Positions 50,327 through 59,937 of a stretch of DNA of 64,000 nucleotides are shown here, piece after piece. The translations under genes and the position numbers were made by a program. The DNA is taken from positions 4,256,001 through 4,320,000 of the forward strand of contig OZ245006.1 of the NCBI GenBank assembly GCA_965223545.1, given 5' to 3'. Under the pieces are notes generated by a model, which saw only the letters and a list, made by a program, of their open reading frames with translations, did no database searches and was not told the DNA's origin. The stretch's first letter is position 1. Each line of letters begins with the position of its first letter. Origin of the DNA: Planctomycetota bacterium. Its GTDB lineage: Bacteria > Planctomycetota > UBA1135 > UBA2386.

Positions 50327-52258
50327 TCAGTCGGTGACGGCGTCGTGCACGAAGCGGACGAACCGCGCCACGCTGCCGGCTCCGGCGAGCTTGTCCACGA
50401 TCTCCTCCGTCTGCGGATCGACGATGACGTAGATCGGCAGCGCGACGGTGCCGGTGAACTTCTTCTGTAGCTCGAGGATGCGCTGGTGGTGCGGGCTGCT
50501 CTCGGTGTCGGTGTGCAGCCGGGCCTCGACCACGTGCTGGAGCTCCGCGGAGACCTCCGGGAGCGGGAACACGGATTCCTCCATGCCCCGGCAGTTCACT
50601 CAAGTGACCCCGGTGAAGTTGAGCAGCAGCTTGCGGTTGGTGTCGATGGCGATCTGCCGCGCCTTGTCGTAGTCGTCGACGACGATCGTGTGCGCGGCCG
50701 AGTGCGCGGCCTGGTCGCCGGATTCGCCGCCGGTGCCTGCCGAGGCGATGCGATTGCTGTACGGCGGCACGATCGACGTCATGATGAAGTCCATCCTGTT
50801 GCCGGCGGCGCCGTAGGCGCAGTAGATCGCGAGCAACGCCGTCGCCAAAGCGCCGGTGAGGCGGCCACTGCCGATCGAGCCGACATCTTCCTTGAGCTTG
50901 ATGATGCCGAACAGCAACAGCGCCGCGATGCCGAAGATGCCGGCCCAGAGCGAGAGGAACAGCTCGCGCGACAGCCAGCCCCAGCCCCAGACCATGTCGA
51001 CGTTCGACAGGAACTTCAGCGCTGCCGCCAGCTCGACGAAGCCGAGGAACACCTTGAGCGTGTTCATCCACTCACCGCTGCGCGGCATCGTCTGCAGCTT
51101 GCTGGGCAGGAGCGAGAGCAGCACGAAGGGCAAGGCCATGGTCGCACCGAACACCGCCATGCCGAGCACCAGTCTGCCCAATCCGCCCGTCGCGCCGACG
51201 GCGAGCAGGTTGCCGACGAATGGTGCAGTGCAGGTGAACGAGGTGATCACCAGGGTGGCACCCATCAAGAACACGCCGGTGTAGCCGCCGGCGCCGCTGC
51301 TCTTGGCGGCGGCGTTCATCAAGAACGCCGGGGGCTGCAGGTTGATGACACCGAACAGCACCAGCGCGAAGACGAAGAACAGCGCGGCGATGACCAGGTT
51401 GGTGATCGGGTGCACCGCGAACGGAGCGATGGCCTGGCCGATCGTGACCGCGATCAACACGAACATCGCGACGATGCCCAGGCCGTAGGTCACCGCCAGC
51501 GGCAGTGGGCTGCGGCCGCTGTCCGCCGCCTGCTTGGTGAAGAAGGAGATCGTGATCGGGATCATCGGGTAGGTGCAGGGCATCGCGAGCGCGAACAGCC
51601 CTCCGCCGATGGCGAGCAGGATGAATGCCCACAGCGAGTCGTCGGTCCCCTCTTCGCCGGCTCTCTCGGATGTGGCTTCCTCGGATGCAGCTTCTGCGGC
51701 GTTTGCCTCGTTCTCGTCACCCTCGCTCGGCGCGTGTTCCGGGCGGACGGCACCCTCCTCGATGGCCAGCTCGACCGAGAACCTCTCGGTGGCTTCCGGA
51801 TCGCAGAACGACTCCGTGCACGCCATGTAGACCAGCTGGCCCTCGAGCTCGACGGCGCCCGGCGCGTGGCCCTCGGCGATCCGCATCTTCTGGCGCACGA
51901 CGAACTCGTCCTCGATCCAGAACGACTCGATGCCGAAGGACTCGTGCGGCTCGCCGAAAGGCACTTCTGCGGTGCCCTGGCGCGCGATGCCTTCGCGCTC
52001 GTCGACGGACAGCGTCGTCGGTGTGCCGGTGCTGTCTCCGGCCCCGTACAAATGCCAGCCGGGCACGATCTCGACCGCCAGCTCGACCGTGACGACCTCA
52101 CCCGGCCGCGCTGGATTGGGCGAGACGCTGGCCTCGGTGGTGATCTTGGGGCCCTCGGTCGGCAGGGCGAGCGGGTCGAACTCGCCCGGCACCTGGGCCG
52201 TGGTGCTGGCGGCGAGGCAGGCGACGGCGAGGGCAATCGCAGCGGATCGTGGCATCAT
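50327..52258 (-). CDS. dsbD: Thiol:disulfide interchange protein DsbD, predicted selenoprotein (UGA at 50600-50602, U-V-N-C)
   Basis: Signal peptide; N-terminal domain PGWHLY...YMACTESFC; TM domain MPCTYPMIP and SFTCTAP; the thioredoxin domain continues in frame as NFTGVT-UGA-VNCRGME...LPIYVIVDP. Confidence 0.9.
50566..50589 (-). promoter_or_regulatory. Bacterial SECIS-like hairpin
   Basis: GGGGCAUGGA-GGAA-UCCGUGUUCC: 10-bp stem (three G-U pairs) starting 11 nt after UGA, G-initiated loop. Confidence 0.75.
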
Positions 52259-52481
52259 GTCTGGCGGGTCAGGAGCCGTTCGGCGGGCGGCGGGCGAGCT
52301 CGCGGATGCTACCGCCGGCCCGCCGCGCGTGGGATTGGCACTTACGACAAACGAGTCCCGGGTGGCCTTCCTGGGCGGCGAAAAAAAGCCGCGGCCGGCT
52401 CCGGGCGGGTCCGCGCGGCTGCGCTCGCGGCGGCGGGGGATGGCGCTCGCGTGGCCCGCGCGCGGCCCGTATAGCGGGGCC

Positions 52482-54650
52482 ATGAGAGCGCTCCTCGTTC
52501 CCGTCTCGTGTGCCGTCAGCCTGCTGATCGCGCCGGTCTTCGCGCAGCAGAAACCGTTGTCTCGCGAGCAGGCCCTCGGCAGCGGCGAACGCGTGCGATG
52601 GTATTCGACGCCGGAGCGCGTGCGCTGGGCGCCCGATGGCGTGCACTACGCGATCCGCCGCGAGGGCAAGGTCGTCTGGGTGCATCCGGAGTCGGGAGCG
52701 GTGGTGTCGCCGCCGGCCGACGCGCGCCGCGGAGAGCGGGCGCCGCGCCCGCGCGGGCCGGGCGGTGCCGCCGGTGGTGACCCGCGCGTGAGGACGCGCG
52801 ACGGCGACCTGTGGTTCGGTCCCCCTGGCGCCGCCAACGACGGTGCCGCGAAGCGGCTGACCAAGGACGGGTTGGCCAAGGACATCGTCACGGTCAGCCC
52901 GAACGGCGAGTACGTCTCGTTCACCGCCGAGAACAACCTGTCGGTGGTGCGCGTGGAGGACGCCAGCGAGTGGAAGGTCACCGAGGACGGTGGGCCCAGC
53001 ATGTTCTGCGGCATCCTCGACTGGGTCTATCAAGAAGAGCTGTACGGCCGCTTCAACTATCGCGGTCACTGGTGGAGCCCGGACAGCAAGGCTGTGGCCT
53101 ACCTGCGGCTCGACGAGAAGGACGTCAAGACCTTCACCATCGTCGACTTCGTGCCGAAGCCTTCGCTCGACGAGGAGCGCTCGGTCGAGCCCGAGTTTCA
53201 GAAGTACCCCAAAGCGGGCGATGCCAACCCCACGGTGCGTCTGTTGGTGGCGCATCCCGAGACGCGCTCGCAGGTCGAGATCGACCTCTCCGACTATCCG
53301 GCTGACGTGCTCGTCGTGCGCGTGGGGTGGACGCCGGACTCCCGGCTGTTGTTCGCGGTGCAGGATCGCATCCAGACCTGGATGGACCTCAACGTCGCCG
53401 ATCCGCAGTCCGGCGCTTGGGTCAAGCTGATCCACGAGGCGTCCGAGACCTGGGTCAACCGACTGCCGTTCCCGGAGTGGTTGCCGGACGGGTCGTTCTT
53501 GTGGCTGAGCGAGCGCACCGGCTACCAGCACCTCTACCACTACGACGACAAGGGCGCCCTCGTGCGGCCGCTGACCGCCGGCGATTGGCAGGTCACCGAC
53601 TTGGTGCGGGTCGACGCCAGCGACGGAGTGCGGCGATGCTGGTTCACCGCTACCAAAGACGGCGCCATCGACAGCAATCTGTACTCGGTGGGGTTGGACG
53701 GCGGCGACATCGTGCGGTTGACCGAGGGCGAAGGCCGCCACTCGACCAGTCTCAACAAGGACGGTTCGTGGTTTCTGGACACCGTGTCGTCGATCGAGAC
53801 CCCGCCCGAGGTCCGCCTGTGCAAGGGCGACGGCTCGGGCTTCGTCGTGCTGGACAAGGCCGAGCCGCGCGCCGTCGAGACCCATCAGTACTACCCCAGG
53901 CAGCGGCTGACGATCCCTGCGCGCGACGGCTATCCGCTCGACGCGACGGTGATCCTCCCCCCGGGCCACGCCGACGGCAGTGGTCCGCACCCGATCTATC
54001 TGCCCACGTATTCCGGGCCCGATGCGCCGTCGGTGCGGAACGCGTTCTCGATCAACACCATGCACCAGTACCTGGCGCAGCAGGGTTGTGTGATCCTGCA
54101 GGTCAACGTGCGCAGCGCCAGCGGCCGCGGCCAGGCGCATACGGGCTTGGCCTACAAGCGGCTCGGTGTCTATGAGCTGCGCGATCTCGAAGACGCCGTT
54201 GCCTACGTCATCGAGAACCACGGTGGCGATCCCACCCGCGTGGCGATCGACGGCTGGAGCTACGGTGGGTTCATGGCGGCCTACGCGCTGACCCACAGCA
54301 AGGTGTTCTCTTTGGGGATCTCCGGCGCGGGAGTGCACGACTGGCAGCTCTACGACACGATCTACACCGAGCGCTACATGAGCACGCCGCAGCTCAACCC
54401 GGAGGGCTATCGCGAGACCTCGGTGATCGCCGGCGCCGCCAACCTGCACGGGCACTTGGTGCTGATGCACGGGGCCCGCGACGACAACGTTCACCTGCAG
54501 AACACCCTACGGCTGGTCTACGAGCTGCAGGCGGCGGGCCACGACAACTTCGAGCTGATGATCTACCCGCGCTCGCGGCACGGCGTGCGCGGCAGCCACC
54601 GCGGCAAGTTCGTGCTGCGCGCGATCGAGCGGCATTTGCTCGGCACCTGA
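52482..54650 (+). CDS. Secreted dipeptidyl peptidase IV family (S9B) peptidase
   Basis: Signal peptide VFA-Q; DWVYQEE, YPKAG, GWSYGG nucleophile elbow, YDTIYTERYM, DDNVH, terminal His in RSRHG. Confidence 0.95.
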   Translation: MRALLVPVSCAVSLLIAPVFAQQKPLSREQALGSGERVRWYSTPERVRWAPDGVHYAIRREGKVVWVHPESGAVVSPPADARRGERAPRPRGPGGAAGGDPRVRTRDGDLWFGPPGAANDGAAKRLTKDGLAKDIVTVSPNGEYVSFTAENNLSVVRVEDASEWKVTEDGGPSMFCGILDWVYQEELYGRFNYRGHWWSPDSKAVAYLRLDEKDVKTFTIVDFVPKPSLDEERSVEPEFQKYPKAGDANPTVRLLVAHPETRSQVEIDLSDYPADVLVVRVGWTPDSRLLFAVQDRIQTWMDLNVADPQSGAWVKLIHEASETWVNRLPFPEWLPDGSFLWLSERTGYQHLYHYDDKGALVRPLTAGDWQVTDLVRVDASDGVRRCWFTATKDGAIDSNLYSVGLDGGDIVRLTEGEGRHSTSLNKDGSWFLDTVSSIETPPEVRLCKGDGSGFVVLDKAEPRAVETHQYYPRQRLTIPARDGYPLDATVILPPGHADGSGPHPIYLPTYSGPDAPSVRNAFSINTMHQYLAQQGCVILQVNVRSASGRGQAHTGLAYKRLGVYELRDLEDAVAYVIENHGGDPTRVAIDGWSYGGFMAAYALTHSKVFSLGISGAGVHDWQLYDTIYTERYMSTPQLNPEGYRETSVIAGAANLHGHLVLMHGARDDNVHLQNTLRLVYELQAAGHDNFELMIYPRSRHGVRGSHRGKFVLRAIERHLLGT

Positions 54651-54798
54651 CCGGCGGGCGGTGGTCGGTCCCCCTGCCGCCCATGGCACCGGGCAGACGG
54701 CGGCCACCGCGTCGATCCGGCGGTTTGTGGCGTCGGCTGCGGTAGCATTCTCCAGCGGCGGGGCTCGCTTCCACACACGCCGACCGCTCGAAGATCGA

Positions 54799-57090
54799 AT
54801 GCCGCACTCCACCTGTGTCTCGCCCACCCCGCGCCGCCGGCGCGAGTTCTGGCTGCTCGCTGCCAGCCTGGCCGCCACCACCGCCTGCACCCGGTTGAGC
54901 TCGGACCGGGCGCCGCTGGTCAATCCGACGCCGCCGTCGGGGTCGATCGGTGATCGCGTGTGGAGCGATCTGAATTGCGACGGCATTCAGGACCCCGGCG
55001 AGCCGGGGCTCGACGGCGTGAAGCTGACGCTGCGCGACTCCGACGGAGTCGAGGTCGGCACCGCGGTGACGGGCACCGTGGCCGGTCGAGCCGGCGTCTA
55101 CCGCTTCGGTCGGCTCGCCGCCGGGACCTACACCATCGACGTCGACTCCGGCACTGCGACGGGCACACCCTCGCCCTGTGCAGTCGGTGGCAACCGCGCG
55201 GTCGACAGCGACTGTGCGCCGGCGACCGTGGTGCTCGTGGCCGACGACAGCCAGGATTCGTCCGTCGATTTCGGTTTCTGTCCGCCGGCGATGCGCTGCG
55301 AGGCGACGATCGGCGATCGCGTCTGGCACGATCTCGACTGCGATGGCATTCAGGATGCCGGCGAGCCGGGGCTGGACGGAGTCACGCTGCGGCTGCGCGA
55401 CGGGACGGGTGCCCTGCTCGCCACCGCGACCAGCGGCCGGGGGCCGACCGGGGAGCGCGGCCACTATCAGTTCTCCGGGGTCTGCGCCGGGACCTACGAG
55501 GTCGAGGTCGACTTGACCACGCTGCCGCCGGGCTTCTATCCGTCTCCGTGCGGCGTCGGCACGAACCCGTTCGGCAACAGTGAGTGCACGCCAACCGCGG
55601 TGACGGTGGTCGGGTCCGAGGACGATCCGAGCATCGATTTCGGCTTCTGCTCCTCCGGCTCGGGCGTCATCGGTGACTTCGTCTGGCACGACGTCAATGG
55701 CGATGGCATCCAGAACCCCGACGAGCTCGACGACGGGATCGATGGGGTGCGGGTGGTCCTGCGCGATGCCATCGGCGCCGAGCTGGCGTCGACGGCGACG
55801 GCGAGGGGTGGCAGCTACGCGTTCACCGGCCTCTTGGCCGGGACCTACTCGGTCGAGATCGACGGAAGCACACTGCCGCCGGGATTCTCGCCCACGGCGT
55901 CGGCCGCCGGCTCCAATCCCGCCTTGGACAGCAACGCGAGCCCGGCCATGGTCGTGCTTCCCACCGACGACAGTGTCGACCTGAGCATCGATTTCGGCTT
56001 CGTCGGCGCCGGTGCCGCGGGCGTCGGCGACTTCGTCTGGCTCGACCTCGATGCGGACGGCCTGCAAAGCAGCGGCGAGCCCGGCTTGTTCGGCGTGCGC
56101 GTCCAGCTGCGCGACGCGAGTGGCGCAGTCGTTCGCGTCGACGATACGGACGCCGCGGGGGGATACTCCTTCTTCGGCTTGGTGGCGGGGACCTACACCG
56201 TCGAGGTCGATGCGGCGTCGGTGCCGGGTTGGATGTTCGCCGCGCCCTGCCGCGTCGGTTCCAACCCCGCGCTCGACAACGACTGCAGCCCGGCTTCGGT
56301 CACCCTGGCCGCCAATCAGTACGATCCGACCGTCGACTTCGGCTTCGTCTCCGGCGGCACCGCGCTGGTGGGCGACTTCGTCTGGTTGGACGATGACGCC
56401 GACGGCGTACAGGATCCGGGTGAACCGGGGATCTCGGGCGCGGTCGTCGAGCTGCGCGATCCACAGCTGCGCCGGCTGATGTTGGCGGCGACCGACAGCA
56501 TGGGGGTCTACACCTTCCCCGCGCTGCCCGGCGGCGACTACCTCGTGCAGGTCGATCCGACCAGCGTGCCGGCGGGGCTGGCGCCGTCGCCCTGCGAGGT
56601 CGGGGTCGATCCCGCGCTCGACAGCAACTGTGCTCCCGCTGCTGTCAACCTGGCGCCGGGTGAGATCGTTCTCGACATCGACTTCGGCTTCCAGTCGCCC
56701 TGCAGCGCGCGGCTCGGTGACTTGGTGTGGTACGACGCGGACTGCGACGGCTTGCAAGAGGCCGGCGAGCCGGGCATTGCCGGGGTGACGGTCCTGTTGC
56801 GCGACGCCGCCTACAACGTGATCGGCCGCACGGTCACCGACGGCAACGGCCTGTATCTGTTCAGCGGCTTGTGCGAGGCGACCTACGTGGTCGAGGTCGA
56901 CGAGACCACTCTGCCACCCAACCTGGCGCCGTCCCCGTGCAACATCGGGCCCGACGACACCATCGACAACGACTGCAGCCCGGCGACGGTCTCGCTGATC
57001 AGTGGCTCGGTGTGGGACCTGAGCGTCGACTTCGGCTACCTGCCGCACTTCTTGCGGCCGCCGAGCGGCACCATGTCACCGACGCAGTGA
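54799..57090 (+). CDS. Exported protein made of six SdrD B-like (CnaB-type) Ca-binding repeats
   Basis: Six units starting (I/V/L)GDxVWxDxxxDG and ending DFG(F/Y); possible RR and lipobox (RRRREF...TTAC). Confidence 0.88.
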   Translation: MPHSTCVSPTPRRRREFWLLAASLAATTACTRLSSDRAPLVNPTPPSGSIGDRVWSDLNCDGIQDPGEPGLDGVKLTLRDSDGVEVGTAVTGTVAGRAGVYRFGRLAAGTYTIDVDSGTATGTPSPCAVGGNRAVDSDCAPATVVLVADDSQDSSVDFGFCPPAMRCEATIGDRVWHDLDCDGIQDAGEPGLDGVTLRLRDGTGALLATATSGRGPTGERGHYQFSGVCAGTYEVEVDLTTLPPGFYPSPCGVGTNPFGNSECTPTAVTVVGSEDDPSIDFGFCSSGSGVIGDFVWHDVNGDGIQNPDELDDGIDGVRVVLRDAIGAELASTATARGGSYAFTGLLAGTYSVEIDGSTLPPGFSPTASAAGSNPALDSNASPAMVVLPTDDSVDLSIDFGFVGAGAAGVGDFVWLDLDADGLQSSGEPGLFGVRVQLRDASGAVVRVDDTDAAGGYSFFGLVAGTYTVEVDAASVPGWMFAAPCRVGSNPALDNDCSPASVTLAANQYDPTVDFGFVSGGTALVGDFVWLDDDADGVQDPGEPGISGAVVELRDPQLRRLMLAATDSMGVYTFPALPGGDYLVQVDPTSVPAGLAPSPCEVGVDPALDSNCAPAAVNLAPGEIVLDIDFGFQSPCSARLGDLVWYDADCDGLQEAGEPGIAGVTVLLRDAAYNVIGRTVTDGNGLYLFSGLCEATYVVEVDETTLPPNLAPSPCNIGPDDTIDNDCSPATVSLISGSVWDLSVDFGYLPHFLRPPSGTMSPTQ

Positions 57091-57108
57091 CAGAAGTGCT
57101 GACGTCGG

Positions 57109-57837
57109 TCAGCGCTGCAGTTGCGCGTCGCACCAGGGCACGACCGTGGCGACCATTTCCTCGGTCGCCGTGCCACTGAACACGTGATCGGCGTCCGCCA
57201 GGGTCACCAGCTTGGCGGGGCCGCCGGCGCGGGCGAACGCGTCGCTCGAGTCCTCGAGCGGCACGACCGTGTCGGCATCGCCGTGCACGAGCAACCACGG
57301 CACCGCGATCGCGGCCGCCTGTTCCAGGGTGGAGCCGACCGCTGCCATGTCGTCCATGTAGGTCTGTGACAGGGGGCACTCGGGCTTGTCCCACATCGTC
57401 GACTGACCCGGCGTTTGATCGCCAAACTTGCGCTGTGCGAAGCCGGCGGTGTCGACCATGCCGGCGAGGGACACCAGGGCGGTGATGCGCGGGTCCGCGG
57501 CCGCGGCCAGCACACCGACCGCACCTCCTTGACTGTGCCCGACGTAGACGACCGGCTGCGTCGGCAGCGCGTCCAGCAGGGCGGCGAGGTCCTCGACTTC
57601 CTTGCTGATGGTGGAGGCGACGAAGTCCCCCTGCGAGGCGCCGTTGCCCGAGAACGACAGCCGCAGCGCGGTGAGGCCGGCGCTGGCCAGCCCCTCCGCG
57701 AGGGCCACCAAGAACGGGCGGTCCTTGTTGCCGGTGACGCCGTGGCCGAGAACGACGACCCCGGCTCTGCCGGGATCGCCGGGGTGCACGGAGTGGTCCA
57801 GCTGCTCGCCGTGTCGGTTGCGCAGCACTTCGATCAT
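57109..57837 (-). CDS. Alpha/beta hydrolase
   Basis: HGVTG, FSGNGAS, GHSQG nucleophile, HGDADTVV, ADHVF; TATCAT -10 at 57844-57849. Confidence 0.92.
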   Translation of the reverse strand: MIEVLRNRHGEQLDHSVHPGDPGRAGVVVLGHGVTGNKDRPFLVALAEGLASAGLTALRLSFSGNGASQGDFVASTISKEVEDLAALLDALPTQPVVYVGHSQGGAVGVLAAAADPRITALVSLAGMVDTAGFAQRKFGDQTPGQSTMWDKPECPLSQTYMDDMAAVGSTLEQAAAIAVPWLLVHGDADTVVPLEDSSDAFARAGGPAKLVTLADADHVFSGTATEEMVATVVPWCDAQLQR

Positions 57838-57903
57838 GGCCCGATGATAGGGCGAGTTCGGGTGGCACTGCAGCGTTGCTTGGTCGCTGTCCGAAGAGGA
57901 CAT

Positions 57904-58881
57904 GTGCCCTACCCCGAGCTCCCTGACCTCCAAGATCCCGCCCGGCGGCGGGCGCCGGTTCCCGTCGGGCTGTTGTCGGGCAAGCGCACACCCCTGCGCC
58001 GGTTGGCTTCGCTGGGGACCGCCACGGTCAACCGGGTGCTCGACAAGCTGATGCCGTCCGGCCTCTTGCACCGCTTTCTGCAGCGCGGTCTGGAGTTCAG
58101 TGAGGTCGACGTCGTGCTGCGGCGCGGCCACCGGGCACTGCACGGCTTGCGGATCGCGTTCCTGACCGATCTCCACGCCGGCAGCTTCATGAGCGAGCGC
58201 GACTTGCTGCGCATCTTCGCGAAGGTGGGAGAACGCGCACCGGATCTCGTGCTGCTCGGCGGTGATCTGATCAACACGTTCGACCGCGAGATCTTGCTCT
58301 TGCGCGAGCCGCTGCGCGCGATCGCGCCGCGATACGGTGTGTTTGCCGTGCCGGGCAACCACGACCGCTTCTACGGCAACGACATCGGCCTGTGGACGTC
58401 GTTCTTGAGCACCCACGGGGTGCGGGTCCTGCTCAACGAGGGTTGTCGGATCGAGCACGGCGACGGCGGGCTCTGGCTCGCAGGCGTCGACGACCTCACC
58501 GAGGGCCAACCCGACCTGGGCGCGGCCCTGGCGGGTCGCCGCGCCGACGAACCCGTGCTCCTGTTGTCCCATCACCCGGACTTCTTCTTCGAGGCGGCGG
58601 CCGCCGGCGTCGACCTGACGCTGTCGGGCCATACGCATGGTGGTCAGGTGGTGCTGTTCGGCGTTCCGCCGCTCACCCACAGCAGGTTCGGATACGCGAG
58701 CGGCAGCTACGAAGCTGCCGGCTCCCAGCTGTACGTCAGTAGAGGAGTCGGGGTGACGTTCCTGCCGCTGCGCGTCGGTGCGCCGCCGGAAGTGCCGATC
58801 CTGCGGCTGTGCGTGCCGGCGGCGGCGGGGGATGGCGCGGGCGCGGAGGTCGTCGAGACCGAAGGTGCGTCCTGCCGGTAA
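57904..58881 (+). CDS. Calcineurin-like metallophosphoesterase (YkuE/YaeI-like)
   Basis: TDLH, GGD, GNHD, SHHPD, SGHTHGGQ, VSRGVG; GAGGA upstream of GTG 57904. Confidence 0.92.
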   Translation: MPYPELPDLQDPARRRAPVPVGLLSGKRTPLRRLASLGTATVNRVLDKLMPSGLLHRFLQRGLEFSEVDVVLRRGHRALHGLRIAFLTDLHAGSFMSERDLLRIFAKVGERAPDLVLLGGDLINTFDREILLLREPLRAIAPRYGVFAVPGNHDRFYGNDIGLWTSFLSTHGVRVLLNEGCRIEHGDGGLWLAGVDDLTEGQPDLGAALAGRRADEPVLLLSHHPDFFFEAAAAGVDLTLSGHTHGGQVVLFGVPPLTHSRFGYASGSYEAAGSQLYVSRGVGVTFLPLRVGAPPEVPILRLCVPAAAGDGAGAEVVETEGASCR

Positions 58882-58891
58882 CATCCGGCTT

Positions 58892-59929
58892 GTGCAACCA
58901 CCGATCGAGACGCTGGGGCGGGTGATCGAGGCGATCGACTCGCACACCGAAGGCGAGCCGACGCGCATCCTCACCGGATTCTCGGACGTCGCCGGCGACA
59001 CCATGGCCGAGCGGCGCGCGACCCTGCTCGCCGAGCACGACGACGTGCGCCGGGCCTTGGTGCGGGAGCCGCGCGGCACCGAAGCCATCGTGCTGGCGTA
59101 TCTCACCCGGCCCGAGCACGCGCAAGCCGACGCCGGCGTGGTGTTCGCCAACGACGCGGGCTACCTCGGCATGTGCGGTCACGGCGCCATCGGCGTCGCG
59201 ACGGTGTTGGTGCGCACCGGCCGGGTGCCCGCGCGGGAGCCCTGCACCGACGTCGTGCTCGACACGCCGGTCGGCCAGGTGCGGGCGCGGGTGGCGGTCC
59301 GCGACGCCCGGCCGCGGTCGGTGGCGATCGCCAACGTGCCGTCGTTCGTGCACGAGCTCGGTGTCCGCGTGCAACCGCGCGGCCTTCCGGCGGTCGATGT
59401 CGACATCGCGTGGGGTGGAAACTGGTTCGGGTTCGTGCGCGGGCGCGACCTCGGGCTGACCCCGTGCATGGCCGAGCTCGAGGCGCTGATGGCGGCCGCG
59501 ATCGAGATCCGTGCCGAGCTCGAGCGGCGCGGCGTGCGCGGCGTCCAACCGACCGACGGTGAGGACGGTCGCGTCGATCACATCAAGATCTACGCCGACG
59601 AGACCGACGGCGACGGCCCGGCGACGCGCGCGCTGACCCTGTGCCCCGGCCGCGCCTACGACCGGTCGCCGTGTGGCACGGGGACCTCGGCCAAGCTCGC
59701 CGTGCTGCACGCCCGCGGCGAGATCGCCGTCGGCCAGCGGCTGCGCAGCCGCAGCGTGCTGGGCACGGAGTTCGGTGCCGTCATCACCGGTGTGACCACG
59801 GTCGAAGGGCGCGCGGCCGTGCTGCCGGAGATCGAAGGAACCGCCTTCATCACCGGCGTGCAGCGGTTCGTCCTCGATCCGGACGACCCGCTGCGGGCGG
59901 GGATCGAGCCGCCACCCGCCTCGTCGTGA
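58892..59929 (+). CDS. Proline racemase / hydroxyproline 2-epimerase family (Cys/Cys dyad)
   Basis: IDSHTEGEPTR, EPRG, MCGHG, GGNWF, DRSPCGTGTSAK; TAACAT -10 at 58879-58884. Confidence 0.93.
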   Translation: MQPPIETLGRVIEAIDSHTEGEPTRILTGFSDVAGDTMAERRATLLAEHDDVRRALVREPRGTEAIVLAYLTRPEHAQADAGVVFANDAGYLGMCGHGAIGVATVLVRTGRVPAREPCTDVVLDTPVGQVRARVAVRDARPRSVAIANVPSFVHELGVRVQPRGLPAVDVDIAWGGNWFGFVRGRDLGLTPCMAELEALMAAAIEIRAELERRGVRGVQPTDGEDGRVDHIKIYADETDGDGPATRALTLCPGRAYDRSPCGTGTSAKLAVLHARGEIAVGQRLRSRSVLGTEFGAVITGVTTVEGRAAVLPEIEGTAFITGVQRFVLDPDDPLRAGIEPPPASS

Positions 59930-59937
59930 CCGCGTGT

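Noticed and set aside
50327..50599. Separate 90-aa ORF, or a dsbD pseudogene with a nonsense mutation
   Set aside because: The stop is TGA exactly at the redox Cys position and is followed by a SECIS-like hairpin, so Sec readthrough is the simpler explanation
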